From IMG/VR virus record IMGVR_UViG_3300030376_006203, positions 64,001 to 128,000 of that record: 64,000 nt of DNA; one strand, written 5' to 3'. This document shows positions 38,064-47,662 of this stretch, piece after piece. This stretch comes from a virus. Lineage: Duplodnaviria; Caudoviricetes. The translations under genes were made by a program, and so were the position numbers. Each line of letters opens with the position of its first letter. The stretch's first letter is position 1. The notes beneath the pieces were generated by a model. The model ran no database searches. It was given only the letters and a program-made list of their open reading frames with translations, and was not told the origin of the DNA.

Positions 38064-38795
38064 TTATTGGTTTGTCAATTCTTCAATTTTCCTCAATATT
38101 ATTTGAGGATACTGCTCGTTGGTACTCCAAGCACTTAAACCAAATACCATTTTTGTGATGTTTGGTTCGTATTTGTTTTGGTCTCTTTCTGCTCTGAATT
38201 CTTTGTAAGCAGGATGTCTGTTTATTATATCAATCACATCAGATACACTTTGACATTTTGTTTCGTATTTTTTAACACCAAATTTAGCATTAGGTATCGC
38301 GGCAGGTTTCATGTGTGGTACTTCATCTAAACTCCAAGTCCTTACACCAAACAACGCATTGCCTTCTGTGGCAAATCTGCTTCTGCCATAGTCTGATTCT
38401 ATAATTGCCATTGCTACTAATATGTCTCTGTGTATTCTTTGGTCTTTTGGTAATGTCCAATTTAGATAATCTATACATTTGTTCATTGCCACAACAAAAG
38501 TCTTAGGTCCATCAAAGTTGAATTCTGGTTCATGTAAACCAAAACTTTTTGCCATCTCAACCATTCTTTCATCTTCTTTTTTAATGATTTTCTTGGTTAC
38601 TATGCTGTTTGGATTGAATGTTCCGTATGTGTATGCCAACACTAAAATAAAAGCAAACGCCATAACCTTATAGCAGAACACCTTTACTTTGTGTATTGTT
38701 TTTTTAGATGGAGTAAGTTGTTGTTTAACATCACTGATAAACAACTTACTATTGTCTTTTAGTTCAATAAATTTCTTCTTGATCCAAATAACCAT
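38064..38795 (-). CDS. GH73 glucosaminidase (Bax-like) with N-terminal TM anchor
   Basis: AIIESDYGRSRFA.EGNALFGVR, HPAY..FR..R and L..WST...Y. Confidence 0.8.
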   Translation of the reverse strand: MVIWIKKKFIELKDNSKLFISDVKQQLTPSKKTIHKVKVFCYKVMAFAFILVLAYTYGTFNPNSIVTKKIIKKEDERMVEMAKSFGLHEPEFNFDGPKTFVVAMNKCIDYLNWTLPKDQRIHRDILVAMAIIESDYGRSRFATEGNALFGVRTWSLDEVPHMKPAAIPNAKFGVKKYETKCQSVSDVIDIINRHPAYKEFRAERDQNKYEPNITKMVFGLSAWSTNEQYPQIILRKIEELTNQ

Positions 38796-38843
38796 AACAT
38801 TATTATACACTATTTAGATGTTAAATCAAGAGTTTATTAGTCG

Positions 38844-39107
38844 CTATTTTGCTGGGTTTTTGAGGTGTTGTTTACAGATTTCGTACCAAAATTGTCCGCC
38901 TTCTCTTAACAATTCGTTGTCTACTCGAAGTTTTTCCATGCGTTTATGAATTATCTTCCACTGATAGTTACTGATGACTTTATTACGTTCTTGAAATTTA
39001 TCTAAACGCATCAAAACATCATCTATCGTTGGGCAGGTTATGTCAGGCACTTTTGGAGCCTTTTTCTTCCATTTCTGCCATGCTGTTTTCTTCGTGGGTC
39101 TCGGCAT
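38844..39107 (-). CDS. hypothetical protein
   Basis: APKVPDITCP.ID...LR..N..LR..G..WY; AAGGAG RBS. Confidence 0.6.
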   Translation of the reverse strand: MPRPTKKTAWQKWKKKAPKVPDITCPTIDDVLMRLDKFQERNKVISNYQWKIIHKRMEKLRVDNELLREGGQFWYEICKQHLKNPAK

Positions 39108-39187
39108 AGTAGACTCCTTTACAACAATATTTAGATTGTTATAGTACAAAGTTTAATACAAAGATAAGTTATAAGATGTGTTAATGC

Positions 39188-39512
39188 GTGTGGGAGCCGA
39201 AACTCCCACACCTGACTACTTCTGTTGCCCGGCTAGTCTTCTCCGCCAAGTGGCCGGTTATTAAGCGGCAACCAATTCCGCATCAGCAAATATGCTGACT
39301 GGAACTGTCACTTCTGGTTTAAATGCGTTTGCATTTGTAAATGATCCTTTACAGAGATCAACTGGTAAACTCCATGTGCTTTTATGCTCCGGTCGAACCT
39401 ATATCACCCCCTCGAAATAAACCAGACTATTTCAAATGAGCGAATTTGGTGGAGGTGGTCGGTACTGCCCCGACGTCCCAAAAGTGTATTACACACACTT
39501 CAACGCCTACAG
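39188..39512 (-). ncRNA. ssrA: circularly permuted two-piece tmRNA
   Basis: Acceptor piece ends GTCGGGGCAGTACCGAC-CACCTCC-ACCA at 39447. A 35-nt spacer follows, then the coding piece starts GGGGGTGATATAGGTTCGAC at 39411. The acceptor stem has G3:U70. Tag ORF 39332-39261 reads ANAFKPEVTVPVSIFADAELVAA*. 3' hairpin at 39189-39211. Outer ends are approximate. Confidence 0.9.
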
Positions 39513-39540
39513 TGTATTTAAACAGATTTTATATTAAATG

Positions 39541-39738
39541 TCAAGACTTGATTGGAGACCATCTACCATCAGCACTTCTAACTTTGTCAGAGTGTTTAAC
39601 TTCAATGGTAAACGTCTTAACGTCTTTGAATTCCTTACCATGTGCGAAAGTAAACTCATGACCATTGTCAGTTTTACTTTTCCAATAGTGTTGGAAATCA
39701 TCTATTACAATCTTATTTTTTTGTCTTTTAATTGCCAT
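39541..39738 (-). CDS. hypothetical protein
   Basis: Coding strand, with a TTGACA promoter upstream. Confidence 0.55.
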   Translation of the reverse strand: MAIKRQKNKIVIDDFQHYWKSKTDNGHEFTFAHGKEFKDVKTFTIEVKHSDKVRSADGRWSPIKS

Positions 39739-39780
39739 ATGCTTAATTTAACATATGTTAATTAAAATGTCAAGTGTGGA

Positions 39781-39990
39781 TTATTCTTTGATGATTTTGA
39801 TATCGGTAGCAACTTCTCTACCTCTGAACTCTTGTAGTTCGTATTCCACTACATCACCATCCATAACTTCTTTTAAGTTAGCGGCTTTAAGAGCAGAGAT
39901 ATGTAAAAAGACGTCTTTACCTTCTACGTCTGGTGTAATGAATCCAAAACCTTTTGCGGAGTTGAACCATTTTATTTTTCCTTTTGCCAT
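39781..39990 (-). CDS. csp: cold-shock protein
   Basis: GKIKWFNSAKGFGFI and DVFLHISAL. Confidence 0.93.
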   Translation of the reverse strand: MAKGKIKWFNSAKGFGFITPDVEGKDVFLHISALKAANLKEVMDGDVVEYELQEFRGREVATDIKIIKE

Positions 39991-40050
39991 ATTTTTTGTC
40001 TTGTTCTTTCCTATGCTGTATTTAGTGGATTTTAAAAAATTCGATTGTTT

Positions 40051-40076
40051 GAGTTGCGGATTTTACACCGCAACTC
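40051..40076. terminator. intergenic hairpin, probable terminator
   Basis: GAGTTGCGG...CCGCAACTC inverted repeat. Confidence 0.55.
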
Positions 40077-40084
40077 TAAAGTTA

Positions 40085-40261
40085 TTACATAGAGTTTTTC
40101 TTCTCTTGTATTTCTTTTCTTCTTAACTTCGTAGCCTTACCTAGTAAGCCTAATGCTTTTCTGGCTCTTGCCGCCGCCGCTTTTACACCTTTAGTCTCGA
40201 ATGCTTCAGACTCTGAAATGTAACTTTCGAAGGCTTGTTTTATTTCGTCATGTGTTGCCAT
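40085..40261 (-). CDS. histone H1-like (Hc1-type) small protein (58 aa, not in ORF track)
   Basis: MATHDEIKQAFESYISESEAFETKGVKAAAARARKALGLLGKATKLRRKEIQEKKNSM; AAGGAGA RBS. Confidence 0.75.
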   Translation of the reverse strand: MATHDEIKQAFESYISESEAFETKGVKAAAARARKALGLLGKATKLRRKEIQEKKNSM

Positions 40262-40838
40262 GATGTTTCTCCTTTATAACGTTATAAATTTCAGTCCAAT
40301 TTTTAATTCGTTGAACCAAACTATTATCCTCATTATACACTTGATTGTGAGGAAGGTCAAGTAGTAATGCTACCAAACCCATTCTACTGCCTAACTCTGC
40401 GTTGGCAGGTTTATCTTCTATCCAAATGGTGCCTTCTGGTATTTTGGACAGTGCTTCATCTTTGTCCGCACCTGTATCTAAACACTCAATCTGTTCAAAC
40501 ACATCACCAAACACTTCCTTAAGATTTTCTTGTCGCAACTGATTCGCTTTTTTATCCAATGTCTGGCTAGTGATCACGTGAAATTTATAGCCTAAATCCG
40601 CTAATTTCTTGACGTTTTCAACTGCTCCTTCAATAGGTTTTAAAAACTTCATCCAAGCACTCTCATTGAAAATTTTTACCAACACTTCGCATTGACCTTT
40701 GTTCATATGATAGTTCATACTAACATCATAATGGTCACTGGCGTGTTTGGGAAATCCTTGGAAAGCCATCCAATCATCGAAAGATTGCTCCCAATTTAAC
40801 AATACTCCGTCGCAATCTATTGCTATAATTTTATTCAT
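40248..40838 (-). CDS. HAD-family 5'(3')-deoxyribonucleotidase-like protein
   Basis: IAIDCDGVL, VITS and WIEDK. Confidence 0.75.
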   Translation of the reverse strand: MNKIIAIDCDGVLLNWEQSFDDWMAFQGFPKHASDHYDVSMNYHMNKGQCEVLVKIFNESAWMKFLKPIEGAVENVKKLADLGYKFHVITSQTLDKKANQLRQENLKEVFGDVFEQIECLDTGADKDEALSKIPEGTIWIEDKPANAELGSRMGLVALLLDLPHNQVYNEDNSLVQRIKNWTEIYNVIKEKHHGNT

Positions 40839-41125
40839 TATTTAGGTAGTGTAAGTCCTGATGTACCTTCTCTGTACTGACGTGCCATACCATCTTCTGT
40901 TTCTGTGAAGCATACAACATTTCTTTTGTATATTTCAATATCAGAGTTTTGTGGCACTGTGAATACAAATGGGCCTAGTCCTATACCTTTGTTAGGTATA
41001 TTAACTACTGCTCTAGGTTTAGCAATTTTAATTGCTTCATCTGTAATTTCTATCAGTCTTGCTAACACTTCCTCACCACTCATTAATTTAATAGTGATGA
41101 TATCGCCTTCTTGTAAACTAGGCAT
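40838..41125 (-). CDS. Sm-like fold conserved T4-like phage protein
   Basis: TIKLMSGEEVLAR...QY...TSGL. Confidence 0.6.
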   Translation of the reverse strand: MPSLQEGDIITIKLMSGEEVLARLIEITDEAIKIAKPRAVVNIPNKGIGLGPFVFTVPQNSDIEIYKRNVVCFTETEDGMARQYREGTSGLTLPK

Positions 41126-41375
41126 CCTGTTCTCCTTGTTGGTCTAATAAAGCCTTCAGTTCAGCAAATCCACCGATGTGTTTATCGTCAGCAAATATCT
41201 GCGGAACAGTTCTTGCTCCTGGCACTGCTTCTTGTAACTGTTGAACAGTCCAAGTTCCATGTGCTATATTTCTTTCTTCGTATTCTATGTTTTTTGATTT
41301 TAACAAGTTTTTGGCTTGTTCACAGTATGAACAACCTACGTTGCTCCATACAATCGCTTTAGTTATCTTTGACAT
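41118..41375 (-). CDS. grx: glutaredoxin
   Basis: CSYC, RTVPQIF and IGGF. Confidence 0.92.
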   Translation of the reverse strand: MSKITKAIVWSNVGCSYCEQAKNLLKSKNIEYEERNIAHGTWTVQQLQEAVPGARTVPQIFADDKHIGGFAELKALLDQQGEQDA

Positions 41376-41772
41376 TTGGTATCCTTATTGCTCCTATTCC
41401 TTCTTTATGAAGATCTTTTATTTCTTTGTCTGATGCTGTACCGTATATATGGTCATCACGTTCTCCCAAAGATGCTTTCCGAGCCTCCTTGGCAAAGTTG
41501 TCTCCAACATTTTCACAGTTCTTTTCTACCCATGTCTTAAGATGTTGTAGTGTTGACCTGCTGTTATAAAATGCTGTATTAGTTTTTTTGCTTTTTATCT
41601 TTTGAGATTTAACATTTACGTTGGGAGCCATTACTGCTCTTCGCACACCTGTATTATCACATATTGGACAAGCAATCAGTTTTTTATTTTTTTGGTCCAA
41701 ATATGATTTCTCTGATGCGAACCATCCTTCAAATTCATGATCTCTAGTACATAGTAAATTATATTTGGGCAT
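41359..41772 (-). CDS. DUF1178 family protein
   Basis: YNL.C...HEFEGWF, CPIC, MAPNV, ENVGDNFA.EAR and IYG.A. Confidence 0.85.
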   Translation of the reverse strand: MPKYNLLCTRDHEFEGWFASEKSYLDQKNKKLIACPICDNTGVRRAVMAPNVNVKSQKIKSKKTNTAFYNSRSTLQHLKTWVEKNCENVGDNFAKEARKASLGERDDHIYGTASDKEIKDLHKEGIGAIRIPNVKDN

Positions 41773-41777
41773 AACTT

Positions 41778-41806
41778 ATTATAACTTCTTTAGGATTAAA
41801 AGTCAA
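41778..41806 (-). promoter_or_regulatory. sigma70-type promoter
   Basis: TTGACT-17-TATAAT; ATG 5 nt downstream. Confidence 0.7.
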
Positions 41807-41808
41807 TA

Positions 41809-41994
41809 TTATAGGTGATGTTCTGGTGGTTGAGGTTTACATTCAATTGAACTATCATGTTTATCGAGATATAAACTTATACCAATCATTGCTAAACCAA
41901 AAATTATTAAAATCCAAAGGAACATTCCATCTTCTGGATGTGTTAATAAATGGATCAAAACTTCGAGTCCATTCATTGTGTTGAAGTCAGTCAT
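41809..41994 (-). CDS. small membrane protein
   Basis: Single TM; start overlaps the nrdB stop. Confidence 0.55.
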   Translation of the reverse strand: MTDFNTMNGLEVLIHLLTHPEDGMFLWILIIFGLAMIGISLYLDKHDSSIECKPQPPEHHL

Positions 41995-43094
41995 TATAAT
42001 GAGAATTTTTTAAATTGACCTTTTTGTACGTCTTGTTTGATACCACCAACAATGTAAGATTCTACTTCTGTTTCTTGTGGTGCTACCTGCATACCTTTTG
42101 ATGATAACCAATGCTGTGTCCAAGGTAAAGGATTTTGTGATGCTGACACATCATATATTGGATCATAGCCTAATGCTCTTAATCTTTTGTTAGCAATCCA
42201 TTCTACATATTGTCCTAAAAGTTTTTCATTTAGACCAATTAAAGAACCATCTTTGAATAAATGTTTTGCCCATGCCTTTTCTTCATCAACACAATCTTTA
42301 AACATTTGGATCACAGTTTTTTCTGTACCTTTCATTGCTTTGGTCATTTCAGGATCGTCACCTTTTTGCCATGCTTTGATAATGTGTGTGGATAGGTTCA
42401 AGTGTGTTGCTTCATCTCTAGCAATTAATGAAAGTATTTTTGCTGAACCTTCCATAAGTTTAAGTTCACCAAACGCAAATGTACAAGCAAATGAAATATA
42501 AAATCTTAAACCTTCTAACAAGTTTACTGTGTTCATTGCTAGGTATAGTTGTTTTTTAAGATCAATCATATCAACCTTTTTACCAACAGCATAATCCAAT
42601 GCCATTTTACCAAACTTGTCATATTCGCCTGTAACTGATTGTGCTCTTTTTAATATCTCTTTATCATTTAATATTGTGTCAAACACTTCACTAGGATCTG
42701 AATAAACATTCTTCATGATGTGTGTGTATGAACGTGAGTGAATAGTTTCAAAGAAGTCCCAAGTAACAATACATCCTTCTAGTTCTGGATTAGACACATA
42801 AGGTAAGAACATAAGACTTGGTCCTCTACCTTGTACTGAATCTAGTAGTGTTTGATACTTCAAGTTACTTGTGAATATGTGTTTCTGTTCTGGTCTGAAT
42901 GATTGATAGTCTGCTCTGTCTTTTTGAAGTGATACTTCTTCTGGTCTCCAAAAATAACCAATCATTGTTTGATTCAGTTTGTCAAACTGTGGATATTTAA
43001 AATCGTCATATCTCTGCACACCACCATCTTCACCAAAGAACATTGGTTGTTTTGTGAAATCTATATTTTGTTTATTGAATACTGTTTTTGTCAT
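41994..43094 (-). CDS. nrdB: class Ia ribonucleotide reductase beta subunit
   Basis: FWRPEE, YQTLLDSVQGR, ETIHSRSY, LEG.RFY.SF, RDEATH and APQETE. Confidence 0.97.
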   Translation of the reverse strand: MTKTVFNKQNIDFTKQPMFFGEDGGVQRYDDFKYPQFDKLNQTMIGYFWRPEEVSLQKDRADYQSFRPEQKHIFTSNLKYQTLLDSVQGRGPSLMFLPYVSNPELEGCIVTWDFFETIHSRSYTHIMKNVYSDPSEVFDTILNDKEILKRAQSVTGEYDKFGKMALDYAVGKKVDMIDLKKQLYLAMNTVNLLEGLRFYISFACTFAFGELKLMEGSAKILSLIARDEATHLNLSTHIIKAWQKGDDPEMTKAMKGTEKTVIQMFKDCVDEEKAWAKHLFKDGSLIGLNEKLLGQYVEWIANKRLRALGYDPIYDVSASQNPLPWTQHWLSSKGMQVAPQETEVESYIVGGIKQDVQKGQFKKFSL

Positions 43095-43133
43095 CTAATT
43101 TAATTATCAATTGTTTCATAAAATTCTATGGTA

Positions 43134-45512
43134 TTATATTGTACAGGCATCACATTCACCGTCTTCTAAATCTGCTAATTGTTCTTCTACTGTGGCATCA
43201 CCGTTTATGTGAACGCCATTCAGTTGTTCAGGCTCTGGTTGTACATCAATTCCTGCCGGTTGTACATCTTCTTCCTCACCTTTAAAATCATAAGTGTTTT
43301 GATAGTATGATGTTTTCCAACCATACTTGTATGCTGACAACATATCCTGGGCCATTGCTGAAATTGGTACTTCATTGTTTTCATATTGTAATGGATTGTA
43401 ACTCCAGTTGCCCGATATTGCTTGGTCAAAATATTTCTGCATCATTGCTACAACATTGATGTAGCCTTGATTGTTTGGCATCTCCCAAAGTAGTGTATAA
43501 GCATTTTTAAGTTTTGGAAAGCCTGGCACAATTTGTTTTAATGGACCTTTTTTACTTTTCTTGATTGACAGTAATGCTCTAGGCGGTTCAATGCCGTTCG
43601 TTTCGTTACTAACAACGGAAGAACTTTCTGATGGCATTTGTGCTGACAATGTTGAATGTCGTAAGCCATACTTGGCAATGTCTTTTCTTAAACTTTCCCA
43701 TGCCATTCTTTGTTTGTGTGGAACAATTTCATCTATTTCTTTTTTGTAGTGATCAATTGGCAATAAACCATCTGCGTATTTTGTGCCTTCAAAGCCATCA
43801 CATTTACCTTTTTCTTGGGCAATGTCATTACTTGCTCTTAATAGATAATATTGAAATGCTTCTGTTAATCTATCAACTGAGTCCCAAGCACCTTTGTCTG
43901 AATATTTGAATCCTTGTTTTGCCAAGTAGTGTGCCAGTCCAATATATCCAATACCTAAACTTCTTCTAGATTTTGTAGATACTTCTGCCGCTTTCACAGG
44001 ATAGTCTTGATACTCTATAATTTCTTCCAATGCTCTTACAGCCAAGTCACATAGATTTTCTAAGTCTTCAAGGTTGTTTAATTGTCCAACATTGATAGCA
44101 CTTAAAATACACAAAGCAATTTCACCCTCTGCGTCATCAATAGCATTGATAGGTGTTGTAGGCAGTGTGATCTCTTGACATAGATTACTCATTGAAACTT
44201 TATCTTTAAATGATGAGTGTGTGTTAGCATGGTCTATATTCATAATATAGATTCTGCCTGTTTCTGCTCTTTCTTTTAAAAGGTCACTGAATAGTTCTTG
44301 TGCTGGAATACTTTTCTTTTTAATTGACGAATCTTTTTCATACTTTTTGTACATAGCATCAAACTTGTCTGTTCCAAACGCATCATACAATCCAGGCACA
44401 TCATGTGGAGAAAACAAAGTGATATCTTCTTCATTAATAAATCTTTCATAGAACATTTTAGATATTTGTATTGAATAATCTAATTTACGCACTCTGTTGT
44501 CTTCTGTACCTTTGTTGTTTTTCAGTACAAGTATGTCTTCAATCTCTTGGTGCCATATAGGAAAGTGAACTGTTGCTGAACCACCACGCACTCCATTTTG
44601 TGTACAACATCTCACAGTCGATTCGAATTTTTTTAGGAACGGAATGACTCCTGTGTGTTGAACCTCCCCACCTCTGATTTTAGCATTGATGCCTCTGATA
44701 CGTCCTGCATTAATTCCTATGCCTGCTCTTCTGGCAACATATAATCCAATTGCCATATCGCTTGAGAATATACTTGGTAATGTGTCGTCACTGTCAATCA
44801 AAACACATGAAGCAAACTGTCTAATTGGAGTTCTAACTCCTGCCATTACTGGCGTTGGGATATTAATTTTAAATGTTGATATCGCATCGTAGTATTTTTT
44901 AACGTATGCCATTCTATTTTTTTTAGGATAATTGGAAAATAATGTTGCCGCAATCATCATGTACATATCTTGTGGAGTTTCGAATAGGTCACCTGATGAT
45001 CTATCTTGTACAAGATATTTGTCTACCACTTGTCTCAAACCTGCGTATGTAAAATCTAAATCTCTTTCTCTTTTGATCCAAGTGTTCATTTTTTTAATTT
45101 CAACTTTGTTGTACTGTTCAACAATGCCTCTATCATAAACACCTGCTTTGATATTTCTTACAATTAGTTTTAACAACGGCATATACTCATATTGTCCGTG
45201 TGCTTCTTTTCTTACGTCATAAGAAAGTAATCTTGCCGCGGCATATTGATAGTTGGGTGCTTCTAAAGAAATTAAATCATTTGCTGAACGCACTAAAATT
45301 TGTTGAACTTCTTTTGTTGTCATGCCATCATAGAATTGAATGTTGGCATTAATTTCTATCTGTGAACTAGATACACCTGCTAAACCTTCACAAGCCTCTT
45401 CAACAACAAAATGAATCTTGTCGATGTCTAAGTCTTCTAACCGTCCATCTCTTTTTTTAATTTTGATTGCAGATTTATTTGTGATTGTTTCCTTAGACGT
45501 ATTCAATTCCAT
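43134..45512 (-). CDS. nrdA: class Ia ribonucleotide reductase alpha subunit with ATP-cone
   Basis: KRDG ATP-cone, PTP.MAG.RT, SCV, SNLCQEI, MPSESSS, KTSYY and C-terminal CDAC. Confidence 0.97.
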   Translation of the reverse strand: MELNTSKETITNKSAIKIKKRDGRLEDLDIDKIHFVVEEACEGLAGVSSSQIEINANIQFYDGMTTKEVQQILVRSANDLISLEAPNYQYAAARLLSYDVRKEAHGQYEYMPLLKLIVRNIKAGVYDRGIVEQYNKVEIKKMNTWIKRERDLDFTYAGLRQVVDKYLVQDRSSGDLFETPQDMYMMIAATLFSNYPKKNRMAYVKKYYDAISTFKINIPTPVMAGVRTPIRQFASCVLIDSDDTLPSIFSSDMAIGLYVARRAGIGINAGRIRGINAKIRGGEVQHTGVIPFLKKFESTVRCCTQNGVRGGSATVHFPIWHQEIEDILVLKNNKGTEDNRVRKLDYSIQISKMFYERFINEEDITLFSPHDVPGLYDAFGTDKFDAMYKKYEKDSSIKKKSIPAQELFSDLLKERAETGRIYIMNIDHANTHSSFKDKVSMSNLCQEITLPTTPINAIDDAEGEIALCILSAINVGQLNNLEDLENLCDLAVRALEEIIEYQDYPVKAAEVSTKSRRSLGIGYIGLAHYLAKQGFKYSDKGAWDSVDRLTEAFQYYLLRASNDIAQEKGKCDGFEGTKYADGLLPIDHYKKEIDEIVPHKQRMAWESLRKDIAKYGLRHSTLSAQMPSESSSVVSNETNGIEPPRALLSIKKSKKGPLKQIVPGFPKLKNAYTLLWEMPNNQGYINVVAMMQKYFDQAISGNWSYNPLQYENNEVPISAMAQDMLSAYKYGWKTSYYQNTYDFKGEEEDVQPAGIDVQPEPEQLNGVHINGDATVEEQLADLEDGECDACTI

Positions 45513-45539
45513 TGTATTCCTATTCTTATTCTATTAATT

Positions 45540-46025
45540 TTATTCTGTATTTATCGGTTTTTGTATGTGCGTAGTATATTGCAGAACATAGTGTTTGTCA
45601 AACTCTGATTTGCTTAATTTTGCCATACTGTAAGCGTCTATATAACAATTCATCATTTCAATAATGTAATTAAACTTATGGTTGTTTGAACTATATTCCT
45701 TTTTATAAACTGTATGTATCTTAACATTTGTATCTTTAAAATTATCAGTTAATAAAACAGTATAACTGACTAAGAGAGAAATGTCAAATATATCATACTC
45801 ATTTCTTTCAACCAATTGCCAACCTGTAAGCCACGTGCTTTTTTTATAGATATCGGTATTAGTTTTGGTTCTAGGACAGTGTTGAAAAATATTGACCAAT
45901 ATGTCTATAGGATTATCCACTTCGTTGACAATATTTCTAATGGCTTGCCAATCCTCTAAACGTTCTGTGTAGTTGCCGTAAAAAATATTAGGCTTATGAG
46001 ATATTTTGAATTTGTATTGTGACAT
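45540..46025 (-). CDS. hypothetical protein
   Basis: ERL..W..IR motif; coding strand. Confidence 0.55.
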   Translation of the reverse strand: MSQYKFKISHKPNIFYGNYTERLEDWQAIRNIVNEVDNPIDILVNIFQHCPRTKTNTDIYKKSTWLTGWQLVERNEYDIFDISLLVSYTVLLTDNFKDTNVKIHTVYKKEYSSNNHKFNYIIEMMNCYIDAYSMAKLSKSEFDKHYVLQYTTHIQKPINTE

Positions 46026-47607
46026 TGGCTAATTCATTTGCTTGTACTGGAGCAGGATTTATTGCTTGTATAACAAGAGTTTCGAAATTAGCGTCAGCAT
46101 CTTGGTCCGTTAATGATGCTTGGAATATTAATTTATCAGCATTAGTGCCTTGTGAGTCATAACTGTCACTGATGTGACTTGTAGTATTTTCTTTGTCTAT
46201 TAATATTTTTAATGTGCCTTTTCTCATTCCTGTGTCTACTGTGTTTTTGTATTGATAATTCATGTGAATTGTTTTACTTGTATCTGATGGTAGTTTTAAA
46301 AAGTCTGTGTAAGCATTCAATTGTCCTATTGAAAATTTTGTTGTAAAATTAAATTCGCCTGCGTGTGGTCCTTCGATTTCTGTAATGTAAGGTTTGTTTC
46401 CTGTGAAGTCACGTATTAATGTGCTTGTTCTAGAAAAGAAATCATTTGAAGAAATGTTTTCGTTGCTTTCAAATTTTATAATGCTGTGTACAGGTGCTGT
46501 ATCTAAACCAGCATCGTTACCAACTTGTAAAAAGTTATTGGTTTGACTTACATTGCCTTTACCATTTTTAATCCAAATGGCTTGTTTATTGATTTCAATA
46601 AATTTAGAATTTGTTACGGAGTTGTTTACTGGACCTGTTGCTTGAGCAACTTGACCTAACACTGTGTTTTCACCAAATACAATTCCATATCCGCATTCTT
46701 CAAATTTTGAATTTTCTACAACATTGTGTTGAATGTCATGGTCACTGCTGACTCCATATGAAAAATTAGAAACTGTAATTTTTTCAAAGGTATTATCTTT
46801 TGATGTTACTGCTGTTGACGTTGCTGTAAGTTTTATTCCGATTTGTGTACTAACAAGAGCGGCACCTTGTGCTTGTACCCAAGGACCTTTGACATTCATA
46901 TCTGTGAATGAACTGTTTTTACAACTTGCCAATACTAAACCTGGTTGAGTTGTATTGCTTTCTAAAGTCAAACCTTTTAATTCAATATTACTTGCTTGAT
47001 TCAATGAACTTGTTTGTGCGAGAATGCCTTCTCCGTTAATTGTTTCTAATACAGGAAACACACCTGTTTGTTTAATCACAGTTTTATCACTGCCATCACC
47101 TATTAATGTTGTATAAGGCGGTAATTTTAAACTGTCAGTAATTTTGTATAAACCTGCTGATAGTTTTAATGTAATTCTTTTTTTGTAGTTGTCAGCATCT
47201 TGTGAACTGCTCCAAGGTAGAAATAGTTGATCAATCGCTCTTTGTAAAGACGATGTATCGTCAGTTGTACCGTCACCTGTTGCTCCAAATGATTTAGCAT
47301 TCACTATGTCGTCTAGTCTATCTTGTAAACTTCTTTTAATTGGAGTAGCAGACGTGGCACCTGTTTGTACATTTGAACCATTTCTATAAGTGTATTGATC
47401 ACTTAATTCAAACAGATTGTCGTGTTCTGTTAATATTTTAGAATTGCCTACTGCTGGTGCTCCTTCTGATACTGCGCCATTACCTATGAATAACTCTTGA
47501 GTGTCAACTGCCCAACCTAGTTCACCACCTGCTAGTTGTGGTAATCCAGAACCTTGGCTCTTTCTTCCTCTACGAATCTGTATTCTTGATATTGATACTA
47601 TTGCCAC
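45994..47607 (-). CDS. tail-associated protein with Mtd-like N-terminus and pectate-lyase-like beta-helix
   Basis: ISRIQIRRG...LPQLAGGELGWAVDTQELFIGNG and AKSFGATGDGTTDDT..LQRAI. Confidence 0.75.
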   Translation of the reverse strand: MAIVSISRIQIRRGRKSQGSGLPQLAGGELGWAVDTQELFIGNGAVSEGAPAVGNSKILTEHDNLFELSDQYTYRNGSNVQTGATSATPIKRSLQDRLDDIVNAKSFGATGDGTTDDTSSLQRAIDQLFLPWSSSQDADNYKKRITLKLSAGLYKITDSLKLPPYTTLIGDGSDKTVIKQTGVFPVLETINGEGILAQTSSLNQASNIELKGLTLESNTTQPGLVLASCKNSSFTDMNVKGPWVQAQGAALVSTQIGIKLTATSTAVTSKDNTFEKITVSNFSYGVSSDHDIQHNVVENSKFEECGYGIVFGENTVLGQVAQATGPVNNSVTNSKFIEINKQAIWIKNGKGNVSQTNNFLQVGNDAGLDTAPVHSIIKFESNENISSNDFFSRTSTLIRDFTGNKPYITEIEGPHAGEFNFTTKFSIGQLNAYTDFLKLPSDTSKTIHMNYQYKNTVDTGMRKGTLKILIDKENTTSHISDSYDSQGTNADKLIFQASLTDQDADANFETLVIQAINPAPVQANELANVTIQIQNIS

Positions 47608-47662
47608 TTTTTTCTCCTACTATGAGTATTTATCGAGTGTATCGGTAAATTTGAATTGATAT

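Noticed and set aside
39447-39480. tRNA-Ala-like 3' end with CCA
   Set aside because: There is no anticodon arm or contiguous 5' half; it is the acceptor piece of the permuted tmRNA.
41994-45512. Introns or inteins in nrdA/nrdB (and the DNA ligase)
   Set aside because: The ORFs are continuous and of normal length, with no homing endonuclease or splice motifs.
45994-47607. Mtd-like protein as a diversity-generating retroelement target
   Set aside because: Only the N-terminal motif resembles Mtd; no reverse transcriptase or TR/VR repeat pair was seen in the window.
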